Assembly (NCBI GenBank): GCA_030059675.1
Contig: JANVYQ010000007.1
Span: forward strand, 1 to 64,000
From: Candidatus Pelearchaeum maunauluense
GTDB taxonomy: Archaea; Thermoproteota; Nitrososphaeria_A; Caldarchaeales; Caldarchaeaceae
Length of the DNA: 64,000 nt
Reading direction: 5' to 3'
Program-made: the position numbers and the translations under genes
The notes under the pieces: generated by a model
What the model was told of the DNA's origin: nothing
The model's input: the letters and a program-made list of their open reading frames with translations, nothing else
The model's database searches: none
Shown: positions 57,582-64,000 of the stretch, piece after piece
Position numbering within the stretch: position 1 is the stretch's first letter
Layout of the letters: each line of letters opens with the position of its first letter

Positions 57582-59558
57582 TCACGCACCCGCATTGGTT
57601 ACTATCCTGGCCTCGTTCTTCTCTATCGCCCTCTTAAGTGTATCTCTAGCTTCCGAAAATGAGAAAGGCCGTCCGTTGTACTTGAGGATGAGGTTGTGGG
57701 GCTTTATGCATGTGCGCATGGCGAGTAGCTGGGCGAACTGGCCGCTGTAATTCTGTTCTACACAGATTATCCTTTCATAGCGCGGCAGTAATTCCTGCAA
57801 TATTTTTGTTGGGAATGGGCTGAGGAGCTTTACCTGAGCGAAGGCAAAGCGGAGACCATGCTGGGCGTGATACTCTATGGCGTCAAGTATAGCCCCCTTG
57901 GTGGAGCCCCAGCTCACGACTATGTAAGGCGCATCAACATCACCGTGAATCACAACCTTCTCCCTGTCTGGAATCTCCGCATCAGCAGTCTCAAGCTTCC
58001 TCATACGCTTCTCCATCATCCTACACCTATTGATAGGCTCCTCAGATATGTGTCCAAACTCATCATGCTCATCTCCCGTGTTCCAGAATATACCTCCAGC
58101 AGCCCCCAGAACAGTTCTCGGCGAGATGCCATCCTCGGTGAATTCAAACCTCTTATACGGTCCATTTGACGAGAACCACTCGAAGTATAGCTTACCCCTA
58201 TCAATTACCAAGTCATCATATACGAACTTCTTCACCGTCATCGTACTATTGGCTAATGCTTTATCAAGCAGGTGTATCACGGGTGTCTGGTATCTTTCCG
58301 CGTAGTTGAATGCCTTTATAGCGTCGTAGAAAGCTTCCTCAATATCTCCTGAGGCTATTACTATTCGTGGGAATTCTCCATGCCCTGCATGGAGGACGAA
58401 GAGCATATCGCCCTGCTCGTGTCTTGTTGGGAGGCCAGTACTGGGGCCGCCACGTTGGTAGAGCGTTATGACCACTGGGACTTCATTCATCCCAGCCCAT
58501 CCAAGACCCTCGGTCATCAATGAGAAGCCTGGCCCAGATGTTGCTGTAGCAGCCCGCGCGCCTGCCAGCGCGGCTCCAGTAGCCATAGTTATGGCAGCTA
58601 TCTCATCCTCGGTCTGCACAACGACGATAGACCCCTTACCATCGAGCTCCATACTCTCCGCCTGGTGAGGATTCTCCGCGAGAACCTCAACTTTCCTACT
58701 CTCAAAGACTTCATGGTCTTCCAGATACACGCTCTCATCACTTGCGGGAGTTATGGGATAGTATGTCTGGAATCTACAGCCAGCAACTATCTTTCCAAGA
58801 GCTACTGCTGATGTTCCATTTATGAGAAGACGCTGCTCTTTTACTGGTTTGGGCTCTATGTGAAAACTTATTTCATTATTACTAAAATTCTTAACGGCAT
58901 ATTCAGCGGCTATCTTGGCTGCCTCTGTATTCATTTTGGCTACTTTAGCCTTAGCTTTAAAGACCTGCTCAATAGCTTTGAAGAGATGCTCTTGTGGGAG
59001 CTTGAAGAGCGCGAATGACGCGGCAACAGCCATGACATTGGTCATTCTGGATAAAATACTGAGCTGCGTCTCTCCTATCTTCTCACCAACTTGCTTAAGC
59101 AAATCAACATATGGAAGAGGATAAAGCTTTACGCCATTCCTCTTCGCAAACTCAAGAACATCCATAACACTGTTTCCTAGACCCTCCTCCTTAAGTCTCT
59201 CCAATATACCATCGACTACATTCTTCTCTAATGTGGGTATGCTGGTAATCTTCTCACTGGTTTGCTTCGGGTCAAATATTATACCACCACCGGACTCCAC
59301 TTCCCATGCATGTCTAATAATCGTCTCCGAATCAAACGTAGCGAGGAGATGAACTTCATCCATATGTGAGCGTATTACATTGTTTGACAATGTTACAGAG
59401 AAGTAGCTGTGTTCGCCTTTGATGTTTGAGTAGTATTCTCTTTTTCCGAAGACATTAAGGCCAGAAGACGCGGCGGCTCGCGAGAAGATGTTTGCTGCGG
59501 AATCAACACCGGTGCCCTGGGCTCCTCCAATCATCCAAGAAACTTTATTTTGGGCCAT
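57582..59558 (-). CDS. 2-oxoacid:ferredoxin oxidoreductase alpha subunit (gamma-alpha fusion)
   Basis: GGAQGTGV, YPITPAS, EDEIAA, TSGPGFSLM, RGGPSTGLPT. Confidence 0.95.
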   Translation of the reverse strand: MAQNKVSWMIGGAQGTGVDSAANIFSRAAASSGLNVFGKREYYSNIKGEHSYFSVTLSNNVIRSHMDEVHLLATFDSETIIRHAWEVESGGGIIFDPKQTSEKITSIPTLEKNVVDGILERLKEEGLGNSVMDVLEFAKRNGVKLYPLPYVDLLKQVGEKIGETQLSILSRMTNVMAVAASFALFKLPQEHLFKAIEQVFKAKAKVAKMNTEAAKIAAEYAVKNFSNNEISFHIEPKPVKEQRLLINGTSAVALGKIVAGCRFQTYYPITPASDESVYLEDHEVFESRKVEVLAENPHQAESMELDGKGSIVVVQTEDEIAAITMATGAALAGARAATATSGPGFSLMTEGLGWAGMNEVPVVITLYQRGGPSTGLPTRHEQGDMLFVLHAGHGEFPRIVIASGDIEEAFYDAIKAFNYAERYQTPVIHLLDKALANSTMTVKKFVYDDLVIDRGKLYFEWFSSNGPYKRFEFTEDGISPRTVLGAAGGIFWNTGDEHDEFGHISEEPINRCRMMEKRMRKLETADAEIPDREKVVIHGDVDAPYIVVSWGSTKGAILDAIEYHAQHGLRFAFAQVKLLSPFPTKILQELLPRYERIICVEQNYSGQFAQLLAMRTCIKPHNLILKYNGRPFSFSEARDTLKRAIEKNEARIVTNAGA

Positions 59559-59633
59559 ACTGCTTGCCCACTTGGTTTAAAGACCTTCTGCCAGCCATAT
59601 TTAACCCTAGCCCATTTGCCTAAATCTGGAAGG

Positions 59634-59667
59634 CTCGGCTGCTAAAGATATTTTGAGCGGTGCCGAG
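59634..59667 (-). terminator. Stem-loop immediately downstream of hsp20
   Basis: CTCGGC...GCCGAG outer arms with partially paired interior, 4 nt after the stop. Confidence 0.4.
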
Positions 59668-59671
59668 GTTA

Positions 59672-60271
59672 TTATTCAATCTTTACCCGATGGCCCTTCT
59701 TCGGGGCTTCAGCCCTCTTCTCCACCACTACTTCCAAGACACCGTTGTTATAACTGGCCTTAGCGGTGTTGGGGTCAACAACTGCTGGTAGCTCTATCTC
59801 TTTGAAATATTTACGGCTCTCAGTATCCACTTTAACCGTCATAACACGCTCATCGACATTAAGCTCTATGTCTTCTTTTCTAACGCCTGGAAGCTCGGCA
59901 ACCACCTTTATCCTGTTGTCCTCTTCTATAACATCAACAAGCGGTTCCCGTTCTGGTCTTACTTCAAGAGCTGGCTTTGTCGGGAGCGCTCCTGGCCTAA
60001 CATTTCCAAACTCGCGGATGACTGGCTTGCCGTCTGGGCCTATTGTTATTGAGTAGCCGTAGACGAATGGCCCTACTTCACGGACTACTCCATCCTTTGT
60101 GGTCCTTTCCCTTATCAGCTCTCTGGGTGCTCTCTCCATAATCCACTTAAACTCCTCCTCCATCTGCTTTTCAAATTCGCGCATAAATTCGTCGATGTCT
60201 TCAAACAAGCTTCTAAAGAGAGGCCATCTCCGCCTTCTCTTCCTCCATTCTTCCCACCAATCATCCGACAT
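59672..60271 (-). CDS. hsp20: Small heat shock protein (archaeal Hsp20)
   Basis: GPFVYGYSITIGPDGKP..EFGN, EPLVDV, AELPGV, YNNGVLEV. Confidence 0.95.
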   Translation of the reverse strand: MSDDWWEEWRKRRRRWPLFRSLFEDIDEFMREFEKQMEEEFKWIMERAPRELIRERTTKDGVVREVGPFVYGYSITIGPDGKPVIREFGNVRPGALPTKPALEVRPEREPLVDVIEEDNRIKVVAELPGVRKEDIELNVDERVMTVKVDTESRKYFKEIELPAVVDPNTAKASYNNGVLEVVVEKRAEAPKKGHRVKIE

Positions 60272-60337
60272 ACACTAACACCCTTACATTGTATTGCCAT
60301 ACGTAGGCTTATTAAGAGTTTTCTTTCTCTGGGCTAC

Positions 60338-61531
60338 GTGTTGGTGGTTGATGGTCAATTCTGGGGAGGCATCGTGCTATTTTTCCAAGTTTTGGCTGCT
60401 CTCGCATGGCTGGGCATAGCGTTAGCCAGACGCCGCATACTACGGATGCTTCCCCAGCTGAATGTTAAAGATGAATCACAGGCTTTACCTTCTACTGTGT
60501 CAGTTATAATACCCGCGAGAAACGAGGAGAAGAACATAGGCAGGTGCATAGAGAGCATTATACACCAGCTAGATGAGAAGGGTGAGATTATAGTTGTTGA
60601 TGACTCATCAACAGACTCCACGCGTGAAGTTGTGCGTCGCTACTCCAAGCATGGTGTGAAGCTTATTGAGGCGGGTGAGCTTCCAGAGGGATGGTTGGGA
60701 AAACCTTGGGCATGTTATTTGGGATATACACACAGCAGCGGTGAGTGGCTATTATTCACTGACGCTGATGCAGAGTTTGGGAAAGGATGTATAAGGAATG
60801 CGCTCATTACAGCGCTTGAGCACGGCGCTGAGCTGGCTACACAGTATCCACGGATGAGGATGCGTAGTATATGGTTAAAGGCTGCGCTTCCCATACTTCT
60901 ACTCGCTCTCTATGCGTTTGGGAGGCCGCATAAAGTATCTAGTGGTGAGGCTGCATTTGCTTTTGGGAGCTTCATACTCATTAGACGCGATGTTTATGAG
61001 AAGCTCGGCGGCCATGAGAGGGTTAGAGACGCTGTCTTGGAAGACCGTGCAATAGCGCTTTTGGCGCGCGACGCTCGGGTAAGGACTCTTTTCTTGGATG
61101 GAACAAACAGCATGACCGCTGAGTGGAATAATAGTCTAAAGAGTCTCTGGAATGGGATGGTACGGCTCTTCACAACGCTCTACATAGGTTCAAGCAAGAA
61201 GTCCATCATAAACGCATTCATGTTAATCATACTGTTCATATTCCCATTAGCTTCATTAGCGTATTCACTTGCTTACAACATACCTACCTACATCCTCTTG
61301 GCGTCTCTCTCCACAGTCTTGATAAGCTACGTTATTGGAGAGGAGCTCAGGAAGCATCGTATATCTTTCATATACTCGGTCTTATGGCCTCTTGGAGTTT
61401 TACTAATACTCTGTGCAGTAATAGTTTCTGGATTCAAAGCTACTTTAAGACCCTTGTTTAGGTGGCGGAATAGGCTATACCGAGTTGAGGCTTATGATGG
61501 TAGGGAGAGGGCAGTCATTCTTTCTGCATAA
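60338..61531 (+). CDS. Membrane GT2 glycosyltransferase (CrtQ/HpnB-like)
   Basis: IIPARNEE, DD.STD, LPEGWLGKPWAC, FTDAD, ED. Confidence 0.85.
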   Translation: MLVVDGQFWGGIVLFFQVLAALAWLGIALARRRILRMLPQLNVKDESQALPSTVSVIIPARNEEKNIGRCIESIIHQLDEKGEIIVVDDSSTDSTREVVRRYSKHGVKLIEAGELPEGWLGKPWACYLGYTHSSGEWLLFTDADAEFGKGCIRNALITALEHGAELATQYPRMRMRSIWLKAALPILLLALYAFGRPHKVSSGEAAFAFGSFILIRRDVYEKLGGHERVRDAVLEDRAIALLARDARVRTLFLDGTNSMTAEWNNSLKSLWNGMVRLFTTLYIGSSKKSIINAFMLIILFIFPLASLAYSLAYNIPTYILLASLSTVLISYVIGEELRKHRISFIYSVLWPLGVLLILCAVIVSGFKATLRPLFRWRNRLYRVEAYDGRERAVILSA

Positions 61532-62661
61532 TTAGTATGCTCTCCCTGCTCTCGCCTATTTTTATGACACGCCGCGTAGTTGCCGCTCTCTTATTTACGG
61601 CGATTATCCTCTTAACGGTAAATCCAACATCAGCGGCGAGACGCGCTAGAGGTATGTCAACGTCTATCACCCTATCGGGGAAAACTCCACCGCCCACCAC
61701 CATAGCGACTTTCCCACCATACTTGAGAACCCTAAACAACTCGCCGAACACCTTTAGCATATCACTAAAGTAAGCCCGCGCTATAGGCGGCATCTCTATA
61801 TCGAGAAGAGGTTCGCTGACAGGCTCTTTAGGCGTTAAACTGATGTAAGCCCTCAGTGGGTCTATCTTAACGTTGGGAAAAAAGAGCTCGTACTCGGGCC
61901 AGTAAGCTTTTGTATATTCTATCTTGTTTAGATAGGGTGGGGAGGTTATAACGACGTCAAACATTTCATCTTCTAAAAACTCCAGCATACGCGCGTCTCC
62001 CCTGAATATCTCAGCTGCTACAGGCTCCAGACGCGGTCGCTCCACATCTTTAATCATCATCTTAACTACGCGTCCAAACATCTTGCGTAATGATGGTGGC
62101 CTGGGTATGTCTTTTCTAATCTTGATTACAGCCCCATCGCGGTATATGTATGAGGTCTTCTCGGCCGCATTCATTAGAGCCAAGATGAAAAACTCGCGCA
62201 GTGTATCGTCTTCTATTTCATTTATCTTCTCACGGAGAAAAACTAAATCTTCTAAAGCATACTTGGAGAAGAGCTGTCTTACAAATCCATTTATGCCACG
62301 TATGTCTGGTCTTATGAATCTTTGAGCGATAATCTTCTCGCGGGTTTTCCTGAGTATATCTACATCGTAATCTCGTGTCTTTACGCGCGAGACCATGACG
62401 AAGAGAGGTGAGACATCAACACCTATACTCGCGATTCCAGCCTCACGGCACGCTAGGCATGTTGTACCGACTCCTAGAAATGGGTCTAAAACAAGATGCC
62501 CCCTCTCCACCTTAAGCTCCTTTAACATTAAGAGAACAAAATCGCGTGAAAATCCTTCTTTAAAGAAAAAACCACCTATGCCTTGGGTAGTTTTTATTTG
62601 GTATAAACGTAACTAGGCGGCCTAGGTTATAATTCTCCTCAATAGGAGGTAGTCGGCTCAA
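61515..62661 (-). pseudogene. Orphan amino-DNA methyltransferase (DPFxGxGT ... TSPPY), frameshifted at homopolymer 62566-62571
   Basis: N-terminal frame MSRLPP...PRHRWF joins FKEGFSRDFVLLMLKE if one T is removed; TTG start overlaps pfpI TGA. Confidence 0.8.
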
Positions 62662-63200
62662 AGTTTTGTCTCCGCCTTCTTAAGTTCTTTCGCCGCCTCG
62701 ATCAGCGTTTTGAGGAAGAAAGGAAGGTCTGCGGGTATGCGTGATGTTATTAAGTTTCTATCCCGCACGACTGGTGTGTCCATGTATATTGCCCCCGCGT
62801 TCTCCACATCATCCTTTATAGCCGAGACGCAGGTGAGCTTAAATCCCCTCAACACTTTTGCCGATATGAGTATCTGAGCACCATGACATATTGCGGCGAC
62901 GGGCTTTCCCGACAGGAAGAATTCTCTCACAAAATTCACAACCTCAGGTATCCTTCTTAGCCTGTCAGGAGCCCAGCCTCCAGGTATTACAAGTATATCA
63001 AAATCTTCAGGATTAGCCTGCTCTATTGCTAGGTCGGCCACGACCGATAGGCCATGCTTGCCCCTATACTCCTGCCTCGCTGGGCCCACTACACGTACCT
63101 CAGCGCCCTCTTCCTGTAGTCTTATAAGCGGGTAATGGAGCTCTAGGTCCTCATAATCAGGCCCCGCCAGGATAGCTACCTTAAGCCCTTCTAAGCTCAA
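62658..63200 (-). CDS. pfpI: DJ-1/PfpI family protease/deglycase
   Basis: YEDLEL, IPGG.APD.LR, AICHG, SR.P.DLP. Confidence 0.92.
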   Translation of the reverse strand: MSLEGLKVAILAGPDYEDLELHYPLIRLQEEGAEVRVVGPARQEYRGKHGLSVVADLAIEQANPEDFDILVIPGGWAPDRLRRIPEVVNFVREFFLSGKPVAAICHGAQILISAKVLRGFKLTCVSAIKDDVENAGAIYMDTPVVRDRNLITSRIPADLPFFLKTLIEAAKELKKAETKL

Positions 63201-63328
63201 CCCAACAACCCCTCTCTAGCTTCTGTCGTAGATACTTGCCTCCCAAAATACCCTAATTACGCAGCATTCAGCTCAACGCCAATTCTTAAATAAGGGAGAG
63301 AGCAAAACTAACCCTTGGTGCAGAAAGT

Positions 63329-63643
63329 TTGGCCGAGAAGCCGAAACTAGAAGACATAATAAACGCTCTCAAGAACGTATACGACCCAGAGATACCTGTC
63401 AATATCGTTGATTTGGGCTTACTGTATGATGTTCAAGTGCGCGATGATAATAGTGTGTATGTTAAGATGACGCTAACAGCTCCAGGCTGTCCTATAGGCG
63501 CTTTTATCACAGAGCAGGTGAAGGAAGCTATAACAACGTTGGTTGAGGGGGTTAAGGATGTGCAAGTCGAACTGACGTTTGACCCGCCCTGGACCCCCGA
63601 CAGGATGAGCGAAGAAGCAAAAGCCATGCTGGGCTTCGTCTAA
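63329..63643 (+). CDS. DUF59/SufT-like Fe-S assembly protein
   Basis: VYDPEIPVNIVDLGL, TLTAPGCP, PPWTP. Confidence 0.92.
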   Translation: MAEKPKLEDIINALKNVYDPEIPVNIVDLGLLYDVQVRDDNSVYVKMTLTAPGCPIGAFITEQVKEAITTLVEGVKDVQVELTFDPPWTPDRMSEEAKAMLGFV

Positions 63644-63687
63644 AGGGCTCTCACATATTTATTTCTGGATATAAACGCTCAAAGCAA

Positions 63688-64000
63688 ATGGGAATGGAGC
63701 TAAAGCCATCAATCGAGGAGAAATTCTGGAACCCCCGCTTCGAGCCTCCGCTAATGGAAAAATGGAGAGAAGAGAAGCTATACTCTTTCAAGATAAACTC
63801 GCGGAAGAAGAAGTTTGTTATAGACACGCCTCCCCCATATCCTTCGGGTAGGCCCTGGCATATAGGGGCCGCTGCCCAGTATTCGCAGATTGACATGATA
63901 GCACGAACTGCGCGGATGTTGGGATATGAGACATACTTCCCGATAGGTATAGATAGGAATGGACTTCCGGTGGAGATATTCACGGAGAAGCGCTACGGCG
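63688..64000 (+). CDS. valS: Valyl-tRNA synthetase, N-terminal part (runs off window)
   Basis: Translated by hand: FVIDTPPPYPSGRPWHIGAA...D..ARTARM.G...DRNGLPVE. Confidence 0.88.
   Translation, partial: MGMELKPSIEEKFWNPRFEPPLMEKWREEKLYSFKINSRKKKFVIDTPPPYPSGRPWHIGAAAQYSQIDMIARTARMLGYETYFPIGIDRNGLPVEIFTEKRYG

Noticed and set aside
63651-63983. Minus-strand 110-aa ORF
   Set aside because: Shadow of the plus-strand valS N-terminus.

Overview
Gene-dense (about 65 CDS) archaeal chromosome segment, mostly housekeeping. It is most likely from a thermophilic TACK archaeon of the Nitrososphaerota/'Aigarchaeota' type. This is an inference from Alba, class I LysRS, egsA, a ValRS with the 'PSGRPWHIGAA' variant, a thaumarchaeal-style geranylgeranyl reductase and a BHB-intron tRNA. 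Content includes DNA repair/recombination genes (nfo, PINA ATPase, nre, hjc, ssb), lipid/isoprenoid genes (thiolase+DUF35, mevalonate-pathway decarboxylase, egsA, GGR, GT2), NAD/CoA salvage, a 2-oxoacid:ferredoxin oxidoreductase, several proteases, a split peptide-type ABC system and an intron-containing tRNA-Pro(GGG). No CRISPR array, rRNA, transposase or integrase was seen. Most noteworthy: (1) an operon of coiled-coil/Zn-ribbon protein, wHTH protein and an Hjc resolvase carrying an unusual CPHC insertion; (2) a tRNA-adjacent divergent regulator cassette with a nested palindrome and a frameshifted RHH-zinc-finger gene; (3) a haloarchaea-like phosphomevalonate decarboxylase; (4) an orphan SPPY DNA methyltransferase broken in a homopolymer run; (5) a dsrE gene with an amber codon at position 3; (6) an Asp-box propeller gene coupled to an ABC solute-binding protein. 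All family calls come from motif recognition by eye, not database searches.
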